Source: Chloroflexota bacterium (lineage in GTDB: Bacteria; Chloroflexota; Dehalococcoidia; Bin125). Taken from it: 64,000 nt of DNA. Below, piece by piece: positions 7,825 to 17,721 of the stretch. Under the pieces are notes generated by a model. That model saw nothing but the letters and a program-made list of their open reading frames with translations. It was not told where the DNA came from and did not search any database. The position numbers were made by a program, and so were the translations under genes. Where the stretch lies: contig JAPOXK010000010.1 of NCBI GenBank assembly GCA_026707145.1, positions 10,849-74,848 on the forward strand, given 5' to 3'. Within the stretch, counting starts at the first letter, position 1. Each line of letters starts with the position of its first letter.

Positions 7825-8998
7825 GGCGCCGGCGGCGTTGGAGTGTGCGGGCCTGCGGAAGAGCTTCGCGCAGGGTTCGGCTCGCGAGGTGCGCGCCGTT
7901 GACGATCTGTCCCTGACCGTCCGCTCCGGTGAAACCGTCGCTCTCCTTGGTCCCAGTGGCTGCGGCAAGACCACGACCCTGCGGCTCATCGCCGGCTTCG
8001 AGTGGCCCGACAGGGGGCGCGTGGTAATCGCGGGACGTGAGGTGGTCGGCGCGGGCGTCTTCCTGCCCCCCGAGCGGCGCCGGGTGGGAATGGTCTTTCA
8101 GGACTATGCGCTCTTCCCCCACCTCACTGTGGCGGACAATGTCGCCTACGGCTTGGAGCATTCCACCGTCGGGCGCTGGACTCCTGCCCTGCGGCGTCCC
8201 CTCGCCGCGCTTCGCGGGCGCTTTCGCTTTGGTGGCGCTGCGACGACGGCGATCGACGCGCGTGTTCGGGAAGCGCTTGAGCTTGTGGCGCTGCCGCACG
8301 TCGCCGGGCGCTTCCCGCACGAGCTTTCCGGCGGTGAGGCGCAGCGTGTAGCACTTGCGCGGGCGCTGGCGCCAGGGCCCGCGCTGCTGTTGCTGGACGA
8401 ACCCTTCTCGAACCTGGATGCGCCGCTCCGCGCCAGCGTTCGGGGCGAGGTGCGTGAGATCCTGCGCCGCGCCTCCACCGCGTCCATCTTCGTCACCCAC
8501 GATCAAGAGGAGGCGTTCGCCATCGCCGATAGGGTGGCCGTGCAGCTGCGCGGCCGGATCGAGCAAGTGGGCTCGCCCTCCGAGATTTACCATCGTCCTG
8601 CGACGCGCGGCGTCGCCGCTTTCGTTGGAGAGGCCGACTTCCTTCCCGGCACCTTAACGTCCGACGGCGTCGAGACCGAGATCGGCCGCATCCCGGTCGC
8701 GGGCGATTCCGGCGCGGCTGCCGGATCCGTTGATGTGATGCTGCGCCCCGAACGCGTTCAGCTCGCGGCGGCGGACGCTACGGGGCCGGGTCATGGTCGG
8801 GCGGTCGTCGAGCGACGCGAATTTTACGGTCACGATCAGCTCGTGACGTTGCGTCTCGATTCTGGAGCACGTATCCGCGCGCGCCTCGGTCCCGATGCCG
8901 ATTTTCCTCCGGGGCGCCGCGCTAGCGTCTTCGCGACGGGCGCGGGGATTGTCTACCCGCCGCTCTCCGGCGCTCAGGGACCGGCGCTGGGAGAGTGA
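7802..8998 (+). CDS. Fe3+ ABC transporter ATP-binding protein (FbpC-like)
   Basis: GPSGCGKT, LSGGE, LLLDEP, VTHDQEEA, C-terminal TOBE-like domain. Confidence 0.92.
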   Translation: MNTELNAEAPAALECAGLRKSFAQGSAREVRAVDDLSLTVRSGETVALLGPSGCGKTTTLRLIAGFEWPDRGRVVIAGREVVGAGVFLPPERRRVGMVFQDYALFPHLTVADNVAYGLEHSTVGRWTPALRRPLAALRGRFRFGGAATTAIDARVREALELVALPHVAGRFPHELSGGEAQRVALARALAPGPALLLLDEPFSNLDAPLRASVRGEVREILRRASTASIFVTHDQEEAFAIADRVAVQLRGRIEQVGSPSEIYHRPATRGVAAFVGEADFLPGTLTSDGVETEIGRIPVAGDSGAAAGSVDVMLRPERVQLAAADATGPGHGRAVVERREFYGHDQLVTLRLDSGARIRARLGPDADFPPGRRASVFATGAGIVYPPLSGAQGPALGE

Positions 8999-9250
8999 GT
9001 CATGTACGCGGGATGACGGGGCACTTCGCCGGCGCGCCGTGCGAGACCATCGCCGGACGCTGGCGGCGATCGGCGCGCTGATCGATCGATCTGCTGATAG
9101 GCCTGTCCCGTGCCTGTCTCCGTGCGCCTGTTTTCGCTGGGAGCGGAAGGTTCTCGCAGCGGCCGGCTGGGATCTGCCGGACGACGCTCCCCGCCCTTTC
9201 GCTTATCATGCCCTTTGCTGTCGCGGCACAAAGGCGCGAAGGGAACCGCC

Positions 9251-9772
9251 ATGAAAGAGACTGCCTTCCTCCAGCACTTTATCGGCAAGCTCCACGACGA
9301 CATCGCCAAGGCTGTCGGCGAGATGTCGGACGAGCAACTCTACTACTACCCGGAAGGAGGCGTGCACGCTGCCTTCCACGCTTGGCACGTCATTCGTACG
9401 GCGGACAACGTGATTAACTTCGTGTGCCAGGACCGCAAGCGGCCCGTGTGGATGCGCCAGAATCTCCACGAGGAATGGAGTTTGCCAAAAGCCGCACAAG
9501 GCACCGGCATGGATCTTGCCGAGGCCCAGGCACTCCGCCTCCCCAGCAACGAGGAGTTTCAAAACTACATCGCCGCTGTGAAGAGCGATGTGCTCGGCTA
9601 CTTCGACGCGATCGGCGATGACGATCTGGCGGTCGAGACGGAGGTGAAGCCGTTCGGCGTGAAGCCGAAGCTGCAGCACATCGGACAGACCATCCTCTCG
9701 CATGGCGGTACCCACCTGGGGCAGATCAAGATGTTGCGCACGATGCAGGGTCTGAAGGGCGATGAGATCTAG
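9251..9772 (+). CDS. DinB family protein
   Basis: FHAWH and HGGTHLGQI metal-binding His pattern in a four-helix bundle. Confidence 0.8.
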   Translation: MKETAFLQHFIGKLHDDIAKAVGEMSDEQLYYYPEGGVHAAFHAWHVIRTADNVINFVCQDRKRPVWMRQNLHEEWSLPKAAQGTGMDLAEAQALRLPSNEEFQNYIAAVKSDVLGYFDAIGDDDLAVETEVKPFGVKPKLQHIGQTILSHGGTHLGQIKMLRTMQGLKGDEI

Positions 9773-9773
9773 C

Positions 9774-10724
9774 TCAGCCCGAGCGTGGTCCCTGCGGCGG
9801 CGCGCCTAGCACGGGCCCGGCGCGGAGTTCCGCGGCGATCATTGCCAGCGCCGCCGCGTCGTCGTTGCGTGCGGCGCGCGCCGCCGCGCGGACCGAGACG
9901 GCGGTACCCAACAGTCGCACGCGCCGCAGCACGTCCGCGCCTATGCGCCCGCCTCCGCGCCGGTAGGCGTCCACGACGCGCCAGCTGAACTCGGCGCCGG
10001 TGTAGCGCACCAATCCCGCGAAGTCGATGGCGGGGTCCCCGAGCGCGGCGCTCTGAAACCCGTCGACCGCGACCAGTTCCGTCTGCTCGGGATCGACGAG
10101 CAGATCGCCGGGCCGCAGGTCACCGTGCACCAAGGTTGGCTCGTCGCTCCAGTTGCGGTCGTCCGCCGTGAAGCTGCGCCACCAGCGGCGCAAGCGTCCG
10201 AACTCCGAGAAGCTGAGTTCCCTGCGCAGTGGCGGCAGGCCCTCGTGTCCCGCCTCCCCGAGATGCTGGCGCCAAGCCCGCAGTCCCGGGACGGCGAGCC
10301 CCTGCGCCTGTTTGACAGGGAAACGGTGCAATCCGAGGAGGAACGTCGCGATCGACCCCGCCACCCGCGGGATCAACCGGTCCGGTACCGTCTCTATGCT
10401 CAGGGGCACGCCGGGCAAATTTCGTTGCCCCCAGAGGCCGAAGGGTGCCTCGTCGGAGGGGCCGCTCTCCCATGCAGGTTGGGGCAGCGTTGGCTCGACG
10501 TGGCCGCGCAGGAAGGGAAGCAGGCGTGTCTGGGCACCGGCGGCGTTGGCGCCTCGCTCGCTCAAGGGCAGATGAAAGCGCTCGTCGCCGGCCGTTCGCA
10601 CGATCAGCAAATCGGCGTCGCGCTCGACGAGCGTCAGGGGCTCGACATCCCGGAGATTCGGCGCCGCCGTTCGTACCGCGACTGCACAGCGCGCCAGTTC
10701 GAAATCATCTGTGGCGGCGATCAT
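9774..10724 (-). CDS. Aminoglycoside phosphotransferase (APH)-like kinase
   Basis: LVHGDL and GDPAIDF motifs; ATG 10724 overlaps the upstream stop (ATGA). Confidence 0.75.
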   Translation of the reverse strand: MIAATDDFELARCAVAVRTAAPNLRDVEPLTLVERDADLLIVRTAGDERFHLPLSERGANAAGAQTRLLPFLRGHVEPTLPQPAWESGPSDEAPFGLWGQRNLPGVPLSIETVPDRLIPRVAGSIATFLLGLHRFPVKQAQGLAVPGLRAWRQHLGEAGHEGLPPLRRELSFSEFGRLRRWWRSFTADDRNWSDEPTLVHGDLRPGDLLVDPEQTELVAVDGFQSAALGDPAIDFAGLVRYTGAEFSWRVVDAYRRGGGRIGADVLRRVRLLGTAVSVRAAARAARNDDAAALAMIAAELRAGPVLGAPPQGPRSG

Positions 10725-11872
10725 GGGTGCAGCTCCGCCTCCAGCCACTGCAATGGGTTAACATCCCGGCCGTTGACGATGACTTCCCAATGCAGGTGCG
10801 GGCCGGTTGAGGCGCCGGTCGATCCGATCAGCCCGATCTCGTGGCCCGCCAAGAGTTCCATGTCTGGGGCGACGCTGATCTTCGCCATGTGCCAGTAGCC
10901 GCTGAAAACGCCCGCTCCATGATCGACGATCACGCCCTGGCCGTGGATCGGCAGCGTTCCGGCGAAGACGACCACGCCCGCTGCCGCAGTCCAAATGGGC
11001 TGGCCCTGGTCCGCGACGATGTCATGGCCGTGGTGCCAGCTGATCACGGGGCCGCCGTTGTATGAGCGCAGGATACCGAAAGGACTGTCGTCTTGGCCGT
11101 CGACGGGCCGGATCCAAGGCCCCGACCAACGCGGGGGGCCGCTGACGTTGCTGTGCAGCTCGAAGCGCACCCTGTCATCGATTGCGGCGTTCTCGGGCGT
11201 GAGCAGCGTGATCACCTCGGGCGGCAGCATGATCGCTTCTACCGGCTCTTGCGCAGCCGTCTCCTCCGGGGTGGGAGGCGGGAGTGACGGCAGGGGCTTC
11301 ACTATGAACTCCCCTACTAGAGAGTCCAGCAGCTCCCCATCTGCGTTCAAGAGGCCGACCGTGAGCGTGTGAGTGCCTTCTGCCGCGATCGGGGTCACGG
11401 AGATGTAGCCGAGCCAAACGGCGTCGTTGATCGAGACGAGCGGCGCCGTGCGACCTTCCGCCGTAACGCGCGCTTTCGCTGCACCGGCTCCTCGGACCTC
11501 GACGCGTGCGCTCTCTCCGGGGTGGATCGTCTCTGGCGCGATGATGAGGGTTGCTTCCGGCTTGGGCGGCGGTTCCGGTTTCGGTCGTGACCTGGGCTCG
11601 GGAGGTGGCGGCGGTGAGGGCGACGGCTCCGGCCCGGGCTTTGCTTCCGCGAGCGGTGATCCTCCCGGCATGGCGCTCGGCATCGTGACGGCGGGCTCTG
11701 CGGGCGCTGGCGGCTCTACGGGCGCTGGTGAATCCGGCAGCGTTTGGGGATCTGCCGGGGGGCCGTCGACTCCGTCACATGCTGCGTATGTGAGGATCGC
11801 CGTTGCACAGAGCACCAAAAAGGGCCACGCTGGCCAGCGCCACGCGTACAGTCGGTTTCTGGACAGGGCCAT
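10721..11872 (-). CDS. M23 family peptidase lipoprotein
   Basis: HHGHD, GYWH, STGPHLHWE motifs; YAAC lipobox; Pro-rich linker. Confidence 0.88.
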   Translation of the reverse strand: MALSRNRLYAWRWPAWPFLVLCATAILTYAACDGVDGPPADPQTLPDSPAPVEPPAPAEPAVTMPSAMPGGSPLAEAKPGPEPSPSPPPPPEPRSRPKPEPPPKPEATLIIAPETIHPGESARVEVRGAGAAKARVTAEGRTAPLVSINDAVWLGYISVTPIAAEGTHTLTVGLLNADGELLDSLVGEFIVKPLPSLPPPTPEETAAQEPVEAIMLPPEVITLLTPENAAIDDRVRFELHSNVSGPPRWSGPWIRPVDGQDDSPFGILRSYNGGPVISWHHGHDIVADQGQPIWTAAAGVVVFAGTLPIHGQGVIVDHGAGVFSGYWHMAKISVAPDMELLAGHEIGLIGSTGASTGPHLHWEVIVNGRDVNPLQWLEAELHP

Positions 11873-11948
11873 TGAAACCTCGCCCCGCGCCATGGAGAAG
11901 TCTTGGATAGGGTACGGTACCCTGCGCGCTAAAGCCCGCTGGGAGCCG

Positions 11949-12347
11949 ATGTCTGTGGCAGAACCTGACTCCTCTCTCCAACCGCGCAAACCGCGCATCA
12001 TCGAGAAGCCGTGGGGACGCGAGACGATCTTGGCCGAAACCGAGTGCTACGCGAGCAAGATCCTGTTTGTGGCGCGGGGGAGCCGCCTGAGTCTGCAGCA
12101 CCACGAGCACAAGAGCGAAACCATGTATCTCCTGCATGGCCGCATCCGTCTCTCGGTCGGTCGCTCGCAGGACGACCTGCAGGAGATCGAGCTCGGCCAG
12201 GGCGAGCTGATCGACCTGCCGGTGGGGACGGTCCACCGCGTGCAGGCGCTTGAGGATTCGCAGATCATCGAAGCATCGAGTCCGGAGCTGGATGACATCG
12301 TCCGGCTGGCCGATGACTTTGGACGAGAGGGCACCTCCGCTCCTTAA
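11949..12347 (+). CDS. Cupin domain protein (mannose-6-phosphate isomerase type II C-terminal-like)
   Basis: EKPWG, RLSLQHHEHKSE, GTVHR motifs. Confidence 0.85.
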   Translation: MSVAEPDSSLQPRKPRIIEKPWGRETILAETECYASKILFVARGSRLSLQHHEHKSETMYLLHGRIRLSVGRSQDDLQEIELGQGELIDLPVGTVHRVQALEDSQIIEASSPELDDIVRLADDFGREGTSAP

Positions 12348-12407
12348 TCCCGGCTGCGGTTCCCGCTCGTCCATTTCGCTCCTGGATCGGCCGCCCGGCA
12401 ACGGGCA

Positions 12408-12437
12408 TGGCGGCCGGCGGCCGGCCGCCGGCCGCCA
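12408..12437. repeat. Perfect 30-bp GC-rich palindrome in the ECF sigma leader
   Basis: TGGCGGCCGGCGGCC/GGCCGCCGGCCGCCA. Confidence 0.8.
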
Positions 12438-12454
12438 CCGAGCTGTGGAGGTGT

Positions 12455-13039
12455 ATGACGGACCGCGATGTGGTCGTCCGCCTGCTGCAACGGGTCGCCG
12501 AGGGCGACGAGGAGGCGCTGCGTCTCCTCTGGCGGGAGAACGGGCGTTTGGCTTTCACGATCGCCTTCCGGATCCTCGGCCGCGAAGACCGCGCCGAGGA
12601 CGTGGCCCAAGAGATCTTCATCCGGATCTGGAGGAACGCGGCATCGTTCCACTCGACCCGCGCGGGTTTTCACACGTGGCTCACACGCGTGGTGCGGAAC
12701 CTCTGCGTCGATATGATCCGGCGCGAGGACCCGATCGAGCGCGCGGGCGCCATCACGGACATCGAGCACTGGCTCTCCTTCAGTGATCCCGTTGAACCGG
12801 CTGCCGTCAACCGGTTCACGGTTCGGGAGGCCTTCCTCCAAGTCCCGGTGACGCAGAGTCGCGTGCTTGAGATGGCCTACTTCGAAGGGCTCACGTATCG
12901 GGAGATCGCCGAGCGGTTAGGGGTGCCCGCGGGCACGGTCCAGTCACGCATGCGGCTGGGGCTGCGGGGCATGCGGCGGTACCTGGAGGAGCTGCGGCTC
13001 GAGGATTCGGCAGCGGCGCAGGGAGCGAGCCGGCGCTGA
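12455..13039 (+). CDS. ECF sigma factor (SigK-like)
   Basis: AEDVAQEIFIRIW region 2, AYFEGLTYREIAERLGVPAGTVQSRMR region 4; GGAGG RBS. Confidence 0.92.
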   Translation: MTDRDVVVRLLQRVAEGDEEALRLLWRENGRLAFTIAFRILGREDRAEDVAQEIFIRIWRNAASFHSTRAGFHTWLTRVVRNLCVDMIRREDPIERAGAITDIEHWLSFSDPVEPAAVNRFTVREAFLQVPVTQSRVLEMAYFEGLTYREIAERLGVPAGTVQSRMRLGLRGMRRYLEELRLEDSAAAQGASRR

Positions 13040-13737
13040 TGGACCGCGAGTCCGCCCGCGAGCTGCTTGCCCCCTATGCGCTGGGCGCCTTGCCGGAAGA
13101 GGAGGCGCACGCCCTCCAACAGGCACTGCTTGAGTGGCCCGAGGGACGCGCCGAGCTCGCGCAACTGATCGCCGTCGCCGATGCGTTGCCCGTCGCGCTC
13201 ACCGAGGAACGGCCGCCCTTGGGTCTGGAGGGCCGTATCATCGCGAAGGCGCGCCAGCGCCGCCGGCCGTTCCGTTCCCTCATGACTGGGCGGCGGCCGA
13301 AGCGGGCCGCTTTGCGCTTTCTCCCGTATCTGCTGACGGTGGGCTTCGCGGCGGCCGTGGCGGTGCTGGCGGTGATGCACTTCGTGGAGATCGGGAGCGA
13401 AGGCGTGCCCTCCGGAGGCCGCTGGATCGACCTCGCCGGTACGGACAGTGCTGCTGCCTACGTGACCTACGCCGGCGGCCGGCCGATCGGCATCGTGTTC
13501 CGCAGCCTCGATCCGCCGCCGGAGGATCGGATCTACCAGCTGCACCGTCTCCGTTCGGATGGAGTTCGCATTTCCGACGTGCGCTTTCTCCCTCGGGACG
13601 ACGGGTGGGCCGCCGTGGCGCTGGTCCTGCCCGCAGACGAGATGCTCGTGGGATTTGGGATCACGGTCGAGCCGATCGAAGAGGACGATCCGGATCCTTC
13701 CAGCGAATTCCCACCGATCACGTTTCCCGCCCGCTAG
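13039..13737 (+). CDS. Anti-sigma factor (RskA-like)
   Basis: ELLAPYALGAL N-terminus, one TM helix, YQL...FGITVEP C-terminal motif; coupled to the sigma gene. Confidence 0.85.
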   Translation: MDRESARELLAPYALGALPEEEAHALQQALLEWPEGRAELAQLIAVADALPVALTEERPPLGLEGRIIAKARQRRRPFRSLMTGRRPKRAALRFLPYLLTVGFAAAVAVLAVMHFVEIGSEGVPSGGRWIDLAGTDSAAAYVTYAGGRPIGIVFRSLDPPPEDRIYQLHRLRSDGVRISDVRFLPRDDGWAAVALVLPADEMLVGFGITVEPIEEDDPDPSSEFPPITFPAR

Positions 13738-13876
13738 CGATAGTGTGCGGTGAACGGCTTGGGCGGATCGAACGGAGCTCCTTGACTCGTTGAGCGACCG
13801 CTGGAGAGGTTCCTCCGTATAGGTTTCAGCAACCGAGCCCTACTGCGATTCCGCCGCTCCTCGTAGCATGAGTGGG

Positions 13877-14584
13877 ATGTCGACGGCGGAGCTTCGGGAA
13901 TCAACGAAAGAGCGGCCGCCGCTCCGTCCCTCCACGCGCCTGGTGCTGGTGCGCCACGGGCAAGCGGGGGGAGCTGGCATCCCGTACACCAATGAAGTGC
14001 CGTTGACGGCCACCGGCCGGCGGCAGGCCGAGCGTACTGCAACGGCGATTGCGCTGGACGGATCGGGCGCTGGGGTCGCCGCGATCTACAGCAGCCCGCA
14101 CCGCCGCGCACTCGACTCGGCCCGCGCACTGGCGGCACGGATGCAACGCGAGCTGCAGGTCGATGATCGCCTCATGGAGTTTCGGCTGGGCTGCGAGGAC
14201 ACGCAGTCGATCGACGAGATCGTGGAGGAGCTGCGCTACCTCATGCTCTGGCGTCCTCACGATAGGGAGAGCGATCGAGGAGAGAGCCTGTGGCAGTTCC
14301 AGTCCCGGGTCTCCGCTTTTTTGGACGAGGCGAGCAACGCTTGTCTGGGCCGCAGCGCAGTCATCTTCACGCATGGGGGCACGATCGCGGCGGCGATGCG
14401 CTGGGCCTACGGCCTCACGCCCGAGCACGATTGGCACTCCGATGTCGAGATCTTCAACGCTTCCATCACCGAGGTGGAGTTTTGGCCCAATGGGCGGCAT
14501 GCCCTGAGTGCGCCCTATGCGTCCGTGGTCCATCGCCTCAATGACATCCGGCATCTGCCTGCCGACTTAGTCACGGCCTACTAG
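13877..14584 (+). CDS. Histidine phosphatase (phosphoglycerate mutase) family protein
   Basis: LVRHGQ, YSSP..RA, THGG, NASIT motifs; likely leaderless (TAGCAT-N7-ATG). Confidence 0.88.
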   Translation: MSTAELRESTKERPPLRPSTRLVLVRHGQAGGAGIPYTNEVPLTATGRRQAERTATAIALDGSGAGVAAIYSSPHRRALDSARALAARMQRELQVDDRLMEFRLGCEDTQSIDEIVEELRYLMLWRPHDRESDRGESLWQFQSRVSAFLDEASNACLGRSAVIFTHGGTIAAAMRWAYGLTPEHDWHSDVEIFNASITEVEFWPNGRHALSAPYASVVHRLNDIRHLPADLVTAY

Positions 14585-14622
14585 CTATTCCCGCGCTCGG
14601 CGCGGGCAGTATCCTGAACCAC

Positions 14623-15528
14623 ATGGATGCGTTGACCGTTCGCGACCACCCGCCCTTGGAGCGGCCTATCTTGGTCACGGCCTTTCTCGGCTGGAACGAC
14701 GCAGCCGAGTCGGCGAGCAACGCGGTGCGCTATCTCCGCCGGCTGAAGCCCACCAAGCATTTCGCCGAGATCGATCCCGAGGAGTTCTTTGTCTTCACGG
14801 AGCGGCGGCCTCAAGTGCGCCTGACGCTCGGGCGCCAGCGGGAGATTAGCTGGCCGAGCATGAAGTTTTCCTACCTCCAGCTTGATCAGCCGAAGCTCGA
14901 TCTCGTCCTCGGCCTTGCGACGGAGCCCCACCTCCAATGGAAGCGGTTTACCCGCCTGATCGTGCAACTCGCCAAGGAGCTGGAGGTGCGGGAGGTCGTG
15001 ACGCTCGGCGGCTTGCTGGCCGACACGCCCCATACGAGACCCGTGCCGCTCACGGGCATCGCGAGTGATCCGGAGCGCGCCGAGGCTCTCGGGTTCAAGC
15101 CGTCGCAGTACCAGGGACCGACTGGGATCGTCGGGGTGCTCAACGACGCTTGCCGCCGGGAAGGGCTCCCCTACGTCAGTCTCTGGGCCAATGTGCCCCA
15201 CTACGTCGCTGGCATCCATAACCCGCGAGCTACGCAGGCCCTCTTGCGCCAGTTCAGCGCGATCTATGGGTTGGACCTTAGCCTGGACGACCTCGACCGT
15301 CGCGCGCTGCGCTATGAATCGGAGATCGAGAAGGCCGTCAAAGATAATCCGGAGATCCAGGAATACGTCCAGCGCCTTGAGGCGGCGGCCGAGGAGTCGG
15401 AGGACGAAGATGCCGCCGCGCCGCCTCCTCGCCCAGAGCTGCACAGCTCCGATGTCCTCGCGGAGGTGGACCGGCTGCTCCGCCGGGATGACTCCCCGCA
15501 GGACCCGGATCCGCTGGCAGAGCGCTAG
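14623..15528 (+). CDS. PAC2 family protein (second paralog)
   Basis: GWNDAAESA, PHTRP, YQGPTGIVG, LWANVPHY motifs. Confidence 0.9.
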   Translation: MDALTVRDHPPLERPILVTAFLGWNDAAESASNAVRYLRRLKPTKHFAEIDPEEFFVFTERRPQVRLTLGRQREISWPSMKFSYLQLDQPKLDLVLGLATEPHLQWKRFTRLIVQLAKELEVREVVTLGGLLADTPHTRPVPLTGIASDPERAEALGFKPSQYQGPTGIVGVLNDACRREGLPYVSLWANVPHYVAGIHNPRATQALLRQFSAIYGLDLSLDDLDRRALRYESEIEKAVKDNPEIQEYVQRLEAAAEESEDEDAAAPPPRPELHSSDVLAEVDRLLRRDDSPQDPDPLAER

Positions 15529-15539
15529 CCGTTCCGCCG

Positions 15540-16223
15540 ATGCCTGACGCCAGCGAAGCGCCCTTCGTCAACGAACTCGAAGTTCGAGGCGTGGTCGTCG
15601 GCGTGTTCCAGGAGAACTGCTGGATCATCGGCAACCGGCGCACGCGCGAGGCGATCTGCGTCGACCCGGGCGGGCAGCCCGATGAGATTCTGCATCTCGC
15701 CAACGAGATGGGGATGGCGATCAAGCTGATCGCCTGTTCGCACGCGCACATCGACCACGTCCTCGGCGTGCGGGCGATCCAGGCCCAGACGGGGGCCTCT
15801 TTCTTACTGCACGCTGCGGACCTGGAGATCCTGCGTACGGTTCCCCTCAGCGCCCAGCGATTCGGTTTGAACGCGGAAGCTCCGCCCGCGCCCGACGCTA
15901 CCCTCGACACCGTTACCAAGCTCGAGATCGACGGACTGTCGCTGGATGTGATCCACACACCCGGCCATACGCCCGGCAGCACTTGCTTCTACACCAACGA
16001 GCTCCTCTTCAGCGGCGATACGCTCTTCCAGGCCAGCATTGGCCGGACCGATCTGCCCGGCGGCGACCATGCCCAAGAGATGGCGAGCATCGTCGACAAG
16101 CTGCTGCTCCTTCCGGACGAGACGATCGTCTTGCCCGGACACATGGACCAGACGACCATCGGCCACGAGCGGGAGAAGAATCCCTTCGTGCGCATGGAGT
16201 TGCAGGCGCGCGGCCGCGCCTAA
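15540..16223 (+). CDS. MBL-fold metallo-hydrolase (glyoxalase II-like)
   Basis: HAHIDH, TPGHTPG, FSGDTLF, GRTDLPGG, PGH motifs. Confidence 0.92.
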   Translation: MPDASEAPFVNELEVRGVVVGVFQENCWIIGNRRTREAICVDPGGQPDEILHLANEMGMAIKLIACSHAHIDHVLGVRAIQAQTGASFLLHAADLEILRTVPLSAQRFGLNAEAPPAPDATLDTVTKLEIDGLSLDVIHTPGHTPGSTCFYTNELLFSGDTLFQASIGRTDLPGGDHAQEMASIVDKLLLLPDETIVLPGHMDQTTIGHEREKNPFVRMELQARGRA

Positions 16224-16240
16224 CAAGCAAGGAGGTCACG

Positions 16241-16702
16241 ATGCCCAGCAAGGCCGAAGAGCTCAGCGCGATGGATGCTGCTTTCGAGCGGCTCATCGAC
16301 ATCGTTCGTCCTGTTGATGATGCCCACGGCACTTGGAAAGAGGCGCACGGTGCCTGGTCCGTCGTGAACCTGCTCCAGCATATGGACGGGTGGTTGCGCG
16401 AGATGACGCCGGCGCTCGAGCGGCTCGCCCGGGGCGAACGTCCGACGCCCGAGGGCGTCGACTACAGTAACTTCGACGCTTGGAACGCGAAGTTCGTCGA
16501 GGTGCGCGGCGAGCAGACCGTGGCCGAGGCGATCGCGGCGATCGAAGAGAGCTACGCCGCCTTTCGCGCCGCCGCGGAAGGGGTCGACGCTGGCCGTTTC
16601 GGCGACAACAAGACCGCCAACCGCCTTGTCGACGCCAGTGGTACGCATCACTTTAACGAGCATGCCGGCGACATCGAGAAGTACCTCGCCGGCACCCACT
16701 AA
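16241..16702 (+). CDS. DinB-like four-helix bundle protein
   Basis: WSVVNLLQH...DAWNA...HFNEH pattern; AAGGAGG RBS. Confidence 0.75.
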   Translation: MPSKAEELSAMDAAFERLIDIVRPVDDAHGTWKEAHGAWSVVNLLQHMDGWLREMTPALERLARGERPTPEGVDYSNFDAWNAKFVEVRGEQTVAEAIAAIEESYAAFRAAAEGVDAGRFGDNKTANRLVDASGTHHFNEHAGDIEKYLAGTH

Positions 16703-16712
16703 ACTGACGCGC

Positions 16713-17219
16713 ATGTCCGAGCCAACGAACGCCCGCGATGGGCAAGCCGCCGACGAGAGCCTCATCACGCCCGCCATGCAAGCCGCCATCGGGAGCGAAG
16801 GCGAGCCCGTGCGCGTCGAGATCAGCCGCGAAGTCGTGCGGCGCATGGCGGAGGCGCTCGACGAGGATGATCCCGCTATCCTCGCCGCCATTGACGGCGA
16901 CGATCCCCATCCCGTCGTTCCCTCGTACGCCTTGATCTGCATCCTCTCGCACATGAGCGAGATGCGCGTGCCCGACGTCCCCGGCCACGGGCTCATGGCC
17001 GCCGACGACTGGACGTACCTCAACCCGGTACGGGTGGGCGATCGCATCACGGTTCGCCCGCGCGTCGCCGATATCCAGGAGCGCATCGGCGGGCGCGTGG
17101 GACATTCGCTGTTCGTGCGGCATGAGTGGATCTGTGCGAACCAGAACGGGGTCGAGATCGCTCGCGTGCGACGGACGATCGCGCACTATCCGGAGCGCGA
17201 CCCCGCAGGGAGCGCATGA
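16713..17219 (+). CDS. MaoC/hotdog-fold dehydratase, subunit 1
   Basis: VRRMAEAL..DDP and YLNPVRVGDRI hotdog features. Confidence 0.75.
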   Translation: MSEPTNARDGQAADESLITPAMQAAIGSEGEPVRVEISREVVRRMAEALDEDDPAILAAIDGDDPHPVVPSYALICILSHMSEMRVPDVPGHGLMAADDWTYLNPVRVGDRITVRPRVADIQERIGGRVGHSLFVRHEWICANQNGVEIARVRRTIAHYPERDPAGSA

Positions 17220-17638
17220 GCGCGCCGCGTACGTATGCCGAGATCCGGGAAGGGGAAGAGCTTCCGCCGCAGGAGCGCCTCCCCACGCATCGCAAGGTCC
17301 TGATGTTCATCGGCGCCTCGTGGCAGTGGGTGCCGCAGTTCCACGAGCAGGCTACTGCGGAGCGGATGGGACTAGAAGGTCCTATCGTCCCCGGTCCCGC
17401 GCGGATGGCCTTCTTGGAGCAGTTCCTGCGGCGCTGGCTCGGCGGCGCCGGTACCCTCAAGCGCATTCATATCACCCACCGCCGGCCCGATTACCACGAC
17501 CGGCCGATCACGATCGGGGGAACGGTCACTCGCAAATACGAGGAGGACGGCGGCAAGCTCGTCGATTTCGAGCTGTGGATCGAGAACCAGGCGGGCATGC
17601 CCTCGGTCCGCGGCAACGCCACCGTCACCTTCGACTAG
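17216..17638 (+). CDS. MaoC/hotdog-fold dehydratase, subunit 2
   Basis: EGEELP, FH...A..MGLEGPIVPG, G.VTRKY..DG; ATGA overlap with the previous gene. Confidence 0.78.
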   Translation: MSAPRTYAEIREGEELPPQERLPTHRKVLMFIGASWQWVPQFHEQATAERMGLEGPIVPGPARMAFLEQFLRRWLGGAGTLKRIHITHRRPDYHDRPITIGGTVTRKYEEDGGKLVDFELWIENQAGMPSVRGNATVTFD

Positions 17639-17721
17639 TCCCCACGGTCTTTTCAGCGGCTATCATTCAGCCTGCTTCCCCGCGTCGAGCCCTCTGGGCA
17701 CTTGGAGGAAAACGCAAGAAG

